This document shows, piece after piece, positions 30,431-42,051 of a DNA stretch of 64,000 nucleotides. The stretch's first letter is position 1. The number at the start of each line of letters is the position of its first letter. This stretch comes from an uncultured Bacteroidota bacterium (GTDB taxonomy: Bacteria; Bacteroidota; Ignavibacteria; UBA10030; UBA6906), in assembly GCA_963700635.1 (NCBI GenBank), contig CAVOYH010000005.1:1-64000 (forward strand). The letters are read 5' to 3'. Made by a program: the position numbers and the translations under genes. The notes below the pieces were generated by a model. That model was not told where the DNA came from. It made no database searches and saw nothing but the letters and a program-made list of their open reading frames with translations.

Positions 30431-30446
30431 TGCCAAAAGCATGCCA
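30431..30446 (-). promoter_or_regulatory. Possible sigma54 promoter for the PglF-like gene
   Basis: TGGCATGCTTTTGGCA, with GG and GC correctly spaced. Confidence 0.4.
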
Positions 30447-30595
30447 GCATGAGAATGAGGTTTTCGGGTCAAAAAAGGGCAAAAATGGAGGGTGGAAGGG
30501 GATGAAAGGAAACACCGGTTCATGAGGGGAAAACTGCTGTAACGGGGGGGAAACACGCGCGGCGTCCCGATGGACGCCGCAGGCATGAAAGGCCT

Positions 30596-31568
30596 CTATT
30601 CCGTGGCCACCTTCGACGTCCATTCTCGGTTTTCCATGTACCACTCCACAAGCCGGGTCACTCCTTCTTCAAAGGTGACCTTCGGCTCCCACGAAAATCG
30701 GGTGCGCGCCCGGCCGATATCAGCCCACGTGGCCATCACATCGGCGGCATGTAACGGCCGGTACTCTGTCTTCGCCTTCTTCCCCGTGAGCCGCTCGATC
30801 AACGCAACAGCATCCCGCAGGACGACCGGCGTGTCCGAGCCGAGGTTCATGATGGTGTATCCCGGCGCCCCGAACCCGGCAATGGTTCCGCGCGCAATGT
30901 CCTCAACAAAGGTGAAGTCCCTTGACTGCGATCCATCGCCGTAGATGGTGACGGTCCGCCCTTCCACGATCCACTGCACGAACCGGAATAGACTCATGTC
31001 GGGCCGGCCGGCAGGGCCATAGACGGTGAAGTAGCGGGGGATGGTCACGTTGATGCCGTACAGATGATGATATGTATGGCACATCGCTTCTGCCCCCTTC
31101 TTCGAAGCGGCATACGGCGACAAAGGCCGGTTGGTGTCAGCATCCTCCCGAAACGGCTGGGGGTTGTGAGCGCCGTACAGACTCGAAGTTGATGCCATAA
31201 GGAAATTTGTGACACCGAATTCCCGGCAGAACTCGAGGAGGGTCACCGTGCCGGTCATGTTGGTCCGGACATAGATCCAGGGGTTCTCCACGGACTGCCT
31301 GACCCCCGCACGTGCGGCGAGGTTGTACACCCCGTCGATCCCCCGTGCGAACACCGGACGCAGGGCATCCCGGTCGTTGATGTCACACTGGATGAACTCG
31401 AAGCCGTCGCGCCGGCGGAGACCTGCCCAGCCGCCATTCCTTCAGCCGCACATCATATGCGTCATTGAGGTCATCGACGCCGATGACGGTGTGCCCGGCT
31501 CTCAACAATTGATCGCTCACCACTGAAGCAATGAATCCCGCCGCACCGGTGACAAGATATGTAGCCAC
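30596..31568 (-). CDS. NAD-dependent epimerase (UDP-glucuronate 4-epimerase-like), frameshift near 31421
   Basis: TGAAGFI in the 5' ORF; LAARAGVR, YAASK and TVYGP.GRPDM in the 3' ORF. Confidence 0.85.
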
Positions 31569-31709
31569 GTTCGTTTTCCCCTGATTTTTCGGTATTCACG
31601 CGTCCGGAAATATTAGAGGAAGTTACAGCAAAAGCAGGGCCGGATCAAGAGGGATTTTTGGCTCATGGGGTGGAAAAGAGGATATGCTCCACCAATCCGA
31701 ATGCCAGTG

Positions 31710-32885
31710 CTACCGGGCGTTCTTACCGAGATACCTGACCGTAAGCACGGTGATGTCGTCTGACTGGGGCGCTCCACGCGTGTGGCGTTTGATGTCGGCG
31801 ACGCTGCCGGTCACCACATCCTGGATTGACGCGCCGTTCACCGTCTTCAGATATGATTCAAGCTGCGTTTCCTCGTACATGTTCATCTCCGGGTCCATCG
31901 CCTCCGTCACTCCGTCCGTGTAGATAAAAAGAGCATCGCCCGGACCGAGGAGAACCCGTTTCGTTTCGAAGTCGAGATGGGGGATTATGCCCAGCAACGC
32001 GCCGTCACTCAAAGGCAGTTGTTCCACTGCTCCCGATGACCGCACAAGATAGGGGAGATTGTGGCCGCCGTTGCTGTACTGTACCTCGCCGGTGTGCGTG
32101 TTCAGGATTCCGAAGAACAGGGTAACAAAGGTTGATGAATCACTCTCGGGTATCATCATCGTGTTAAACTTGCGCAACACTTCGCCCGGGTTGACGATCT
32201 GGTAGGCGATCGCTTTCAGGAGTGTCCGGCACACTGCCATGTAAATTGCGGCCGGAATTCCCTTGCCCGAGACGTCTCCTACTGCGAAGGCAAGGCGATC
32301 CTCATCGATGAAATAGAAGTCGTAGAAATCGCCCCCCACTTCCTTCGCCGCCAGCATATCCGCGTACACATCAATTTCAGGGCGTGCCGGGAAGGGGGGA
32401 AAAACCTTCGGCAACAGTGATTGTTGTATCCGTGTTGCGGTGCTCAGGTCGCGCTGGACAGCCAGAAGTTCGTCCCGCGCCGTCAGCGCATGCCTGATCA
32501 GGTCAAGCTGCTGCAATGTCTTCTGGACGGTGAGATCGAGGTCTGTGAAGTCGATCGGTTTTGTCAGAAAATCGAACGCGCCCCGGTTCATCGCCGTACG
32601 GATATTATCCATGTCGCCGTACGCGGAAATAATCACCGACTTGAGCCCGGGATCGTTCTTCTCGCTGATTTTCTGCAGTAACGTGAGTCCATCCATTTCG
32701 GGCATGTTGATGTCCGAAAGGACGAGGGAAATATCCTGATGCTGGTCCATCTTCTCGAGGGCCTGCACCCCGTTCTGCGCGAATTCAAAAAGTAATTCGT
32801 TTTCCCGGATCTGCTTCCGGAACCGCTGTCTGATCAGGATCTCCAGATCCGGTTCATCATCCACGACAAGTATTTTTGGCGGCAT
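31710..32885 (-). CDS. Response regulator fused to a PP2C/SpoIIE (RsbU-like) phosphatase
   Basis: REC motifs VDDE and DINMP; VGGDFYD, DVSGKG, YTDG and DDIT. Confidence 0.93.
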   Translation of the reverse strand: MPPKILVVDDEPDLEILIRQRFRKQIRENELLFEFAQNGVQALEKMDQHQDISLVLSDINMPEMDGLTLLQKISEKNDPGLKSVIISAYGDMDNIRTAMNRGAFDFLTKPIDFTDLDLTVQKTLQQLDLIRHALTARDELLAVQRDLSTATRIQQSLLPKVFPPFPARPEIDVYADMLAAKEVGGDFYDFYFIDEDRLAFAVGDVSGKGIPAAIYMAVCRTLLKAIAYQIVNPGEVLRKFNTMMIPESDSSTFVTLFFGILNTHTGEVQYSNGGHNLPYLVRSSGAVEQLPLSDGALLGIIPHLDFETKRVLLGPGDALFIYTDGVTEAMDPEMNMYEETQLESYLKTVNGASIQDVVTGSVADIKRHTRGAPQSDDITVLTVRYLGKNAR

Positions 32886-32908
32886 GCATCATCCTTTGAG
32901 TACAACAA

Positions 32909-33301
32909 TTAGGAAACCCGGGTCTCATGGTCGTCCATGTCCAGGACATTCTTCTTTACCTCATCAAAGTCGATCGGCTTGGTGAAGTAGTGTTCTGCAC
33001 CCTTTGACATGGCATGTTTAAAATTGACTTCATCACCGTACGCCGTGATCATGGATACACGTATCGCCGGGTACTTCTCTTTGACAACTTTGAGCAGGTC
33101 AAGCCCGGTAATGCCGGGCATGTTGATATCCGAGAGGATGCACACGACGTCGGGGGGCTGCACCGTTTCAAGATAGTCCAGCGCTTCTTCACCCGAAAAG
33201 GCATAACAGAGCTGAACCCGTCCGTCGCGGATCTCCTTGCGGAACTGCTGGCGAAAGAGGATTTCAACATCTTTTTCATCGTCCACGATCATGATCTTCA
33301 T
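32909..33301 (-). CDS. Single-domain response regulator
   Basis: IVDDE, SDINMP and TKP motifs. Confidence 0.92.
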   Translation of the reverse strand: MKIMIVDDEKDVEILFRQQFRKEIRDGRVQLCYAFSGEEALDYLETVQPPDVVCILSDINMPGITGLDLLKVVKEKYPAIRVSMITAYGDEVNFKHAMSKGAEHYFTKPIDFDEVKKNVLDMDDHETRVS

Positions 33302-36300
33302 GCTGAGCCTCCGTTGCCCGGGTGTCGCGGGATCGTGATGATGAACTCGGTGTACTGTCCCTCCACGGTGTCGATGCGGATCTCGCCCTTGTGTTCCTGG
33401 GTGATAATATCATAGGAGAGCGAGAGCCCCAGACCGGTTCCTGCGCCCGCAGGCTTGGTGGTAAAGAACGGATTAAAGATCTTCTCCCGGATCGCGAGAG
33501 GGATACCGTTTCCGTTGTCCCGGATGCGGATTTCAACGGATCCGTTGAGATTCTTCGCGCTGACACGCACGACGGGGGAAAACCCGTTTTTTGCAGTCTT
33601 CCGTTTGTCGTTCGCGGCATAACAGGCGTTGTTCACGATGTTCAGAAACGCCCGGCTGAGGTCCTGTGGTATGAGATTTACCTTGCCGATTGCGGGATCA
33701 AAATCGGTTTCAATCTTCACGTTAAAGGACTGGTCCTGGGCTCTCATGCCATGGTAGGCCAGATTGGTGTACTCGGCAAGGAGGGCGTTAAGATCGGTCT
33801 CCATACGTTCATCCGATCTGCCCCGCGAATGAAGCAGCATCCCCCGGACAATACTGTCCGCCCGCTTGCCATGCTCGTTGATCTTTCCCACGTTCTGCTC
33901 CAGGTCGTCCAGCAGCCCGCTGATCTCTTTTGCCCTCTTCGGATCAACGCGGTCCCGTTCGGCGTGAAGCTCCTGCCGGAGATCCTTCGTGAGGTCATGG
34001 GACAGTACCGCGAAGTTTGTAATAAAATTCAGCGGGTTTTTGATCTCATGGGCGATCCCCGCCGTCAACTGCCCGAGGGATGCCATCTTCTCGGAGAGAA
34101 TGAGCTGGTTTTGCGTCTCTTTCAGGTTGGAGAGAGTCTTCTGCAGCTCACCCGTCCTGTCCTGAACAAGATGCTCGAGTTCCGCTTTTCGCTTTTTCAG
34201 GCTGCGCATCCGGTAGAAATAAAACGTAGGCCCCGCCGTCAGAAACGTGAATATGGCGAGTCCGAGAAACCAGCCTGTCTGGTAGAAATAGGGTTTGAGC
34301 TCAAACCCGATCGATGCACCTGTGGTGTTCCAGACGCCGTCATTGTTCGCTGCGAGGACACGGAAGGTGTATTCGCCCGGATCGAGATGTGTGTAGTATG
34401 CGTCGCGCCGCGTGCCGGCATCGACCCAGTCCTTGTCCAGCCCGACAAGCTGATATTTGTACGTGACCTTTTCCGACCCGACAAAGCTGATACCCGCGTA
34501 GTGGAACTCGAACCGGTTGCTGCCTGCAGGAATCTCGATCGGGGCTCCGGTGTTGAAATCGCGTCCCTTCAACGATGAACCGGTCAATGACAACCGGCGG
34601 GGGGATGTCATTGATGGTGATGTCTGAGGGATTTACCACGGCGAGACCCTTCGTCGTGGCGAAACAGAGGCGGCCGTCCTGCGTCTTCCAGCCGGTGGGG
34701 TAATACCCTCCGTTACACTCGATCGTTTCCATTCCGTCGGCTGTTCCGTACACCGAACAGGTGAGCCGGGAGGCCTTCCCGTCGGCCACATCGTTCAAGT
34801 CCTGCTTCTTCGCACGATAGACCCCCTTGTTGGATGACATCCAGAGATACCCCGCATCGTCCTCCAGGAGCGTGTAGGACGTATAATCAAAGAGGCCCTC
34901 CCGCGGAGAGATGTTTGCGAATACTCCATTTTTGTACCGGTAAAGGCCGTGGTTTGAGGCGCCCAGCCAGAGAGTTCCGTCCGGGTCCTGATGGGAAGCC
35001 ATGATCCAGCCGCCGGGATATCCCTGTTTTTTGCCGAGCGGCTCGAGCACGCCGTCCCGGTACCAGAAGTTTCCGCCGGCGGTACAAATCCAGAGGGTGC
35101 CGTGCACATCCTCAAACATGTTGCTGATAAATGTTCGATTTGTTGAGACGCTGTCCAGTGCAGCTATCAAAGCGAATTTCCCGTTGCTGTATGCATAGAC
35201 ACGGCTTCGCGACGCAACGAGCCACGCACCCGATTTCCGCCGCACGAATGCATTCCCGATGATATCCGGAGTGCCGTCCAGCACCTTCGCCCGTTTTGTG
35301 ATTGTTCCATTTCTGTACGTACACACACCCTGTGGTGTTCCAATCCAGAGAGTTCCCTCCGCGTCCTCGGCCAGCGCGAGCACATCATTCGCGGCAAGGC
35401 CATGCCGTGTATCGAGCACTGTGAGAGCGCCGTTGGCGAGTCGGTTGAGGCCTCCATACGTTGTCCCGATCCAGATCGCGCCATTTCTGTCCTGTATGAC
35501 CGACTGGACATTGTCGTAGCTGAGCCCGACCTTGGACGAGTAGGTCACGAATTTCTCATCCCGGAACCGATCCACACCGCCACCGAAAGTGCTCACCCAG
35601 ATGCTTCCCTCGTTGTCGATGAGCATTCGCTGGACCGCGTTGTCCGAGAGTCCGTCCGATTGCTGATATTTTTCAATCTTGCCCCCGGCATACCTGGCAA
35701 TTCCCTTGTTGGTCACCAGCCAGAGGCTTCCCTGGCGGTCCTCATGGATTTCGTGTATGGAGTTTTCATCCCTGTCAGCGGAAATCGTAATGGAGGAAAA
35801 TGTACCGCCGCTGAACCTGTTCAGTCCGGCATCTGTGGCAAACCAGATGCTTCCATCCCTGGCTTCGGCGGCATCCCGGAGGATCGGACTTGAAAGCGCG
35901 TTCTTTTTCGGATACCGTGTGAATGTTGTGCCGTCATAGGATATCAGATCCCTTCGGCCGTGCATCCAGATTGTGCCGCGGGAGTCTTCATACACATTTC
36001 CGAGCCCTTTGATGCGGAAGATCATGGTGTCAGGGAAATCTGTCCGGCCGGTTAATGTCTCGATGGTTCCATCGCGCAAGCGGGCGAATCCCCGCGGGGT
36101 ACTGACCCAGACTGTCCCCTTGCTGTCAGCGCTCAGCGCAAAAACCGTGTCAGACGGCAGTCCGTCGCGCGTTGTGTAGGTCCGTGTAAACCGGTCGTTT
36201 GAAAAAACGCTGAGTCCGCGTGTCGAGCCGATCCACACCGATCCGGAGGAATCAACCGTCCAGGCCCGGGTATCATTGCTCGGCAGGCCGTTTGTGGTAT

Positions 36301-36697
36301 CATACGTGAAAAAGGTCCCATTCAGGTATCGGAAGAGTCTCGGGGTGATGCCGTTTGGCCGTCCCCAGATCCCACCCTCACGATCTTCCAGCAACGCGAC
36401 GACCCACGAATCATCAAGTTCCGGTGTGGTTGTCCGGTCGAACACGGTGAACTGAACCCCGTCGAACCGGGCTATTCCTTCCTGCGTTGCAAACCAGATA
36501 TATCCGTCTTTCGATTGAATGATGTCGGAGGCGGAATTCTGCGGGAGACCGTTGGCGGTGGTCCAGGTCTGGTGCACATATTGTTTTATGGATTTTTGCT
36601 GCGCGTCAGCAGCGGATGTCAGGCCGCAGACGAGGGCAAGGAGGAGAAAAGGAAGAATCCTCATCGGATTGGTCAGGTGAACGGTGGTCTCCCGCAT
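33298..36697 (-). CDS. Sensor histidine kinase (Reg_prop beta-propeller, Y_Y_Y, TM, HisKA/HATPase), frameshift near 34565-34567
   Basis: Repeated D..G.IW.GT..GL; Y.Y.L.G.D..W; AHEIKNPL; GTGLGL. Confidence 0.88.
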
Positions 36698-37132
36698 TGT
36701 ACCGGTCGCTCCTTGATTGGTGGTCGTGCCGTGTGTCTGCGGGTCTCCCTGCAGACGTCCAGTGAAGTCTGAAATCGGTGTTGTTGTTTGGTACTGTACG
36801 TTGGTGCCAGATATCCTGTCAGAGCGGCATGGGCGGGAACCCGGGGATGTGTCAGCCGAACCCTTTCGGGTGCTGAAAGGGAATATACGCTGTGAAACCG
36901 GATGGGCAGATGGAAGCAGGTGCGACCCGGTTGACATCATCGAAAAGGTAACGAATGTGGATGTCGGGTTGGCATCAGGTCGCTGGACTTTCAATTTCAA
37001 GAACGGTGGATAAGGAGTAAAAACTCCCCATTGGATACGAAAATCTCAGGTTGGAATCAATGCTTTTCTGGGCCCCTTAACTGCCTGGCGCGGAGCTGAA
37101 GTGGACCTACTCCGGCTACAAATAATGAACGT

Positions 37133-37160
37133 TTCCGGGGGGAAAATCGTTCCCCCGGAA
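37133..37160. terminator. GC-rich hairpin, possible terminator
   Basis: TTCCGGGGG...CCCCCGGAA inverted repeat downstream of the 37311 gene. Confidence 0.4.
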
Positions 37161-37310
37161 TCACATTACGGCCGGAGCCGGGGGGGGCGCGGTGGCATAC
37201 GGTGCGTTACAGAGATGGGTACAGGGGATCTGTGAGTACATCGGCTGGTGTCATCGGTTGGTCTCGGCGGTGGTCACGGGGTGCTACGTCAGTCCTACGA
37301 GCAGAGTGCG

Positions 37311-37622
37311 TTAATCCAGCGCACCCCTGAAATATGAAAGATGTGCCTGACAGCGGCACTTCTTGTCCCAGGGTTCCGGACACTGCTTGATCAAACTGAC
37401 CGCGGCCTCCCCCGTTTCGCGCGGAATCGGTCCGTCATATCTGACCGTTTCATCCCCCAGAAACGGCTCGTAATAGATTTCCACCGTATAGACCCCGCAG
37501 GGCCCGCAGAAAAAGTACGACTCGGTGTATTCATCCCCCATGATACTCCCGGACATGGAAGCGGCGCACGGTTGTTCTTTTCTGGGTGGGAATTCAATTC
37601 CGCACTGCAAGCATCTGACCAT
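37311..37622 (-). CDS. Small Cys-rich hypothetical protein
   Basis: CLQC, CGPC and C-x7-CRCQAH; GGAG upstream. Confidence 0.65.
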   Translation of the reverse strand: MVRCLQCGIEFPPRKEQPCAASMSGSIMGDEYTESYFFCGPCGVYTVEIYYEPFLGDETVRYDGPIPRETGEAAVSLIKQCPEPWDKKCRCQAHLSYFRGALD

Positions 37623-37655
37623 CGGGGACTCCCGATTGGATGTACATGCGTGGAT

Positions 37656-38025
37656 TCATTTGGTCCACCAGTCCCTCAGCATCAGCGGAAGGGTTAGAAC
37701 GGTAACGCCCAGGATCACAATCCACGCGATGTACGATATCAAGCGTTCCTGTTCCCGGAAGAACTTCACCAATACAACGTCGCCATTGCCAATGGCCGTT
37801 TGCAGATGGGTGAACAGCCGGAGAAACAGGGGGATGATTGCGAAACTGAGAACCAGGAAGAGAACGCCAAACACTACCAGAAAAGTCTTGGCCATGACCG
37901 GTAATCCTTCCCCGGCTACCGGAGGGTTGGGAATCTTCGATGATACTCCCCACTATACCGGCGATGATCATCAGCACAAATGCCCCTCCGGCCAGAACCA
38001 TGAAGATCCGGATATTTGGGAACAT
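37656..38025 (-). CDS. Hypothetical membrane protein (about 3 TM), frameshift near 37910
   Basis: Hydrophobic N-terminal part (ORF 38025) and C-terminal part (ORF 37895) in different frames; GGAGGA RBS. Confidence 0.55.
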
Positions 38026-38118
38026 CGCCAGAGTCCTCCGATGATTGATCGAAAAACTGTACGCCGCCGTATTTCGTGTTCAGGGGCACGTCATACGGTG
38101 TTGCGGTGGTGTTGCCGA

Positions 38119-39471
38119 TCAGAGCTTATGCAGGAGCGACTGCGCTATACTCAGAACAAGGAAGAAACCGCACATGTCTGTGATCGTTGTCAGGATAGGC
38201 CCCGATGCAAGTGCGGGATCAACCCGGATTTTCTTCAGCAGCAGAGGAACCGACCCGCCAATCACCACAGAGAGGAGGGTGTTGGCTGCGAGCGCCGATG
38301 CCACGACGAACGAGAGGTAGAAGTTTCCCTTCCACAAAAATGCTGTGGCTCCCAACAGGATCCCCAATGTAATGCCGTTCGCCAGTCCCACCCAGGATTC
38401 TTTCATGACCACCCGGCCGAATTCGCCGGGTTTGATCAGTCCGAGGGCCAGTTCACGGATGCTGACCGCGACGGCCTGGTTCCCTGAACAGCCGCTCATA
38501 TCGGAGATGACCGGCAGGAATACGGCAAGGGCTATCGCTGCCTGCAGTGTATCCTGATAGAATGCGATCACGCTGGCGGCGAGGATGTTAAGCGCAATGT
38601 TGGGGCCGAGCCATGCGAGACGCCTCAATATGCGGCGGGAGAGCGGGGAAGAGCGGATTTCTTCGCCGCCGAGAATACCGCTCATCCGGAGGAAGGAATT
38701 CCTTACCTGTTGCCTCCGCGCATCATCCACAGCTGCCCGCTCCACAATGCCTCTCAGGTGGCCCTGGGAGTCCACCACGGGAACGCCCATGAATGAGTGG
38801 TCTTCGAACAGGTTTATCAGATCGCTGAGTGATGTGTCAACGGTAACATGAAGGGGTTCCGAAATCATCAGTTGCGTGACGATCCTGTCGCGGGGAGCGA
38901 GCAGCAGGTCGCGCATCCTGAGCACGCCCATCAGCTGCCCGACGGTATCTGTGACATACAGGTACTGCACCAGAAATTCTGCATACCGCTCGCTGTTTCG
39001 TTCCAGATCCGCGATGATATCCCCGACCGTCGTTGTTGAGGGGTATGCAACATACTCCGATGTCATGAGTCCGCCCGCTTTGTCGGCGGGATAACTCAGG
39101 AACTTACGTGCCTGCTCGGCATGCACGTTTGGCATCGCCAAAAGGATGGCTTCCGCGTCGGAAGAGCTGATGTCGCCCAGAATATCCGCCTGTTCGTCCG
39201 CAGGCAGCAGGTCGACGATAGCAGCGGCGGCAGAAGGGGACATTTCTGTGATCACTCCCGCCGCCTGTTCATCGGAAAGGTCCCGCAAGAGATCGGCGGC
39301 TTCATCCGGCGACAGCAAAGCGATAAGCCGGCCCCGCATCTCGTCGTCGAGTCGCGACATTGCGAGAGCAGTCTCGACAGGTGTGAGGTTCTCGATGAAC
39401 GCCTCCGCCTCTTCCGCCTTGCCGCGTTCAATCACCTCGATAAGTCTATCCCACGACTCAGCAATTCTCAT
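38119..39471 (-). CDS. mgtE: Magnesium transporter MgtE
   Basis: MgtE_N; CBS pair (AGGLMT); RLAWL, G.SGNQ and DPALASGP.LTTITD motifs. Confidence 0.93.
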   Translation of the reverse strand: MRIAESWDRLIEVIERGKAEEAEAFIENLTPVETALAMSRLDDEMRGRLIALLSPDEAADLLRDLSDEQAAGVITEMSPSAAAAIVDLLPADEQADILGDISSSDAEAILLAMPNVHAEQARKFLSYPADKAGGLMTSEYVAYPSTTTVGDIIADLERNSERYAEFLVQYLYVTDTVGQLMGVLRMRDLLLAPRDRIVTQLMISEPLHVTVDTSLSDLINLFEDHSFMGVPVVDSQGHLRGIVERAAVDDARRQQVRNSFLRMSGILGGEEIRSSPLSRRILRRLAWLGPNIALNILAASVIAFYQDTLQAAIALAVFLPVISDMSGCSGNQAVAVSIRELALGLIKPGEFGRVVMKESWVGLANGITLGILLGATAFLWKGNFYLSFVVASALAANTLLSVVIGGSVPLLLKKIRVDPALASGPILTTITDMCGFFLVLSIAQSLLHKL

Positions 39472-39579
39472 CGTCTATGCCTCCAGTGCGTATCCGTCCA
39501 GTGCGCTGCAGATCCTGTGCGTGTTTGAATGTGCAATGATTTCGGTGGAGTGTCAATGCCGGGTTGGTACTATTTTCCG

Positions 39580-41346
39580 TCACGGTACCTGTAAGGTCAT
39601 GCCGTCCCCCCGTTGGTACCGTCCGGGAATGGTGACCGGAAGTCGTCCACGCGAAGTAATCCTCCCTGTAATCACCTTCGCAACGGATCGCTCTGCGAGA
39701 ACGGTCCCATTGAATGGCGTCATGACAACCTGTGTCTCCGGAAGCTTGCCAAGGACATACGGATCACCAAACGCAACGAGGATGACGGGCTTGGTGTATG
39801 TCCCCAGGGAGTGGAGGAAATCGTCCAGCGGTTTTGCAAATTGCCGCTCCCCGTGCCAGGCGATGACGGAGAGGTAAATGCCTACCAGCAGCACGTCGGC
39901 CTGTCTTGCCGACGACCGGATCTTTTCAAAGCGTTCTGTTCCCGTCTCATTGGAAACGCGCGTGAGCGTAGCTTCTGCAACAACCTGGTGTATCTCGTCA
40001 AGAAGATCCGTGCCAATCTGTGGAGATGGTTCCTCGGTGACGGTGACGATATGAACGCGGGCAGTTGGGGGGAGGGGGAGGATCTGCCCCGCATTTCTCA
40101 GGAGCGTGACCGATGCGTCTGAGATCTCCTCCGCAATACTCTGAGATGCAGGGGCACCGACAACCGTGAAGACCGAATCGATGTTTACCGTCCTGTTCTC
40201 TGCCAGACCGGCCCAGGCCTTTGCCGTAAGCACTCTTCTCACCGAGGTGTCGATCCGTTCTTCTGAAATACGTCCGGTCCGTACCGCAGTGTGAAGCCCC
40301 ATCCATGCTTCCTCGATGTCCTCCGGCGCGAGAACCGCATCGGCGCCCGCTTCGATGGCGCTTACGGCCGCTTCCGAAGGGGAAAAATGATCGGTGATCC
40401 CCTGCATCCTCATTCCGTCCGTCACAATCAGTCCGTCGAATCCGATCTGGTTCCTCAGGATGCCGGTAAGGACAGGGCGGGAGAGAGTTGCCGGGCGGCC
40501 CGTGGGGTCTATCTTCGGCAGGGCAAGATGGGCAGTCATGACCGCCATGGCCCCAGCAATAATCCCCCGCCAGAACGGCACCAATTCAACGGTGTTCATG
40601 CGGCTTAAGTCGAAGGCAAGTGAGGGGAGGCCCATGTGCGTGTCCTCCCGCGTGTCGCCGTGGCCCGGGAAGTGTTTCAACGTCGCAATCATGCCGGATT
40701 CCTGGGCTCCGCGGACGTATGCCTCGACCATGCCCGCGACGATCTCCGGATCCTCACCGTAGGAGCGCGTGTTGATGATCGGGTTGTCGGGATTGTTGTT
40801 CACATCGGCAACGGGGGAATTGCTCCAGTGGATCCCCACGGCCCGTGCTTCCCGGGCGGTGATTCGACCGAACTCATACGCATAGCGCGGATTTCCCGTG
40901 GCGCCGATCGCCATCTGCGAGGGGAACTGAGTTCCGCCCCCTGCTATGTATTTCGGGAGCTTGTCGGTCCACCCGCGGGATAGGCGCCATGGGCGGGTAA
41001 ATGTCATCCCTGCTTCCAGGTCGGCGTTGATGAACAACGGGACTTTTGATGCTCGCTGGAGCTTGTTCGTGATCAGCGGGATGTCGAGCGCCCCTCCTCC
41101 GCCCAGGATGAATGTCCCGACGTGATAGCGGCGGATCATATCGAGGGCGAAACGGAATGCCGGGTGCTCTTCGTGGGTGTAGAGGGCCACGAGCTCACAG
41201 ACCAGGAGCTGGCCGACTTTCTCTTCAAGGCTGAGGGAGGCGAGGGTTGAATCCACCCATCGTGAGTGCCGGGCAGTGGAGGTCTGGCATGCCGAAGGGA
41301 ATGGAAGGTGAACCGCCAGGGTAAGGAGGGCGACGAGAAAGCGCAT
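39580..41346 (-). CDS. GH3 beta-N-acetylglucosaminidase, secreted
   Basis: SLEEKVGQL, DVNNNPDNPIINTRSYGE and KHFPGHGDT..DTH motifs. Confidence 0.92.
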   Translation of the reverse strand: MRFLVALLTLAVHLPFPSACQTSTARHSRWVDSTLASLSLEEKVGQLLVCELVALYTHEEHPAFRFALDMIRRYHVGTFILGGGGALDIPLITNKLQRASKVPLFINADLEAGMTFTRPWRLSRGWTDKLPKYIAGGGTQFPSQMAIGATGNPRYAYEFGRITAREARAVGIHWSNSPVADVNNNPDNPIINTRSYGEDPEIVAGMVEAYVRGAQESGMIATLKHFPGHGDTREDTHMGLPSLAFDLSRMNTVELVPFWRGIIAGAMAVMTAHLALPKIDPTGRPATLSRPVLTGILRNQIGFDGLIVTDGMRMQGITDHFSPSEAAVSAIEAGADAVLAPEDIEEAWMGLHTAVRTGRISEERIDTSVRRVLTAKAWAGLAENRTVNIDSVFTVVGAPASQSIAEEISDASVTLLRNAGQILPLPPTARVHIVTVTEEPSPQIGTDLLDEIHQVVAEATLTRVSNETGTERFEKIRSSARQADVLLVGIYLSVIAWHGERQFAKPLDDFLHSLGTYTKPVILVAFGDPYVLGKLPETQVVMTPFNGTVLAERSVAKVITGRITSRGRLPVTIPGRYQRGDGMTLQVP

Positions 41347-41511
41347 GTCGAATTTCCGAAGAGTGGGGGTTGATCAGAACATAGCCATCGGGATGATCGT
41401 TGTCAACCCCTTGTAGGGGTATACTTCCTCCTCAGATCAGCGCATTGTGCCGCAGCTGCAACGTTTCTTCGTTGTCTTGTGTTAAAGATTGATATGTCAA
41501 CAAAGGAGTGA

Positions 41512-42012
41512 GTGGGTATGACTGGATCACTGCAACATCCGCATGACCCCGGGCGCGCGCAACTCGTCCGGGCCGGACACGATATTGCCGGAGAGCATCG
41601 TGGACTCGGTATAAGTGTTATCGAATTCAAGGTGGTTCCGGGGGACAGCAGCGGTCTCCTTATTCTCGAAAATACATTCCACGCAAAAGGGGGCCCCCCC
41701 CGGCATGTGCACCTCAGCCAAGATGAATGGTTCCATGCCGTCGAAGGGGACTTTGTGCTGGAGGTTGGGGAGCAACAGTTCACGCTGCGACCGGGTGATT
41801 CTGTGCTTGCCCCCCGCATGATACCTCACGTGTGGGCACACGTCGGCGATGGGCGTGGCAGAATGCTGATCGCCTTTTCGCCCGCCGGCGACATGGAGGG
41901 ATTCTTTCGCGAAGTCACGATGGCGAACGCGATGCCGCCGCAACATCCGGAGGTCTGGCGGCGTCATGGGATGGAGTTGGTCGGACCGCCGCTTTCTGTA
42001 GACGCATTGTGA
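41512..42012 (+). CDS. Cupin-domain protein
   Basis: GPPRHVH..QDEWF and PR.IPH motifs. Confidence 0.85.
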   Translation: MGMTGSLQHPHDPGRAQLVRAGHDIAGEHRGLGISVIEFKVVPGDSSGLLILENTFHAKGGPPRHVHLSQDEWFHAVEGDFVLEVGEQQFTLRPGDSVLAPRMIPHVWAHVGDGRGRMLIAFSPAGDMEGFFREVTMANAMPPQHPEVWRRHGMELVGPPLSVDAL

Positions 42013-42051
42013 GATGCTCTGTTCGGTCCGGCAGATTACTCATGTTGTAGC

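Noticed and set aside
33322-34578. 418-aa + strand ORF and other long antisense ORFs (e.g. 51248-52534, 50184-51113, 11976-12902, 62451-63347)
   Set aside because: These are shadow frames opposite well-supported genes in high-GC DNA, with no recognisable motifs.
36698-37000. 100-aa N-terminal extension of the sensor kinase given in the ORF track
   Set aside because: The signal peptide begins near 36697/36664, so the upstream part is probably non-coding.
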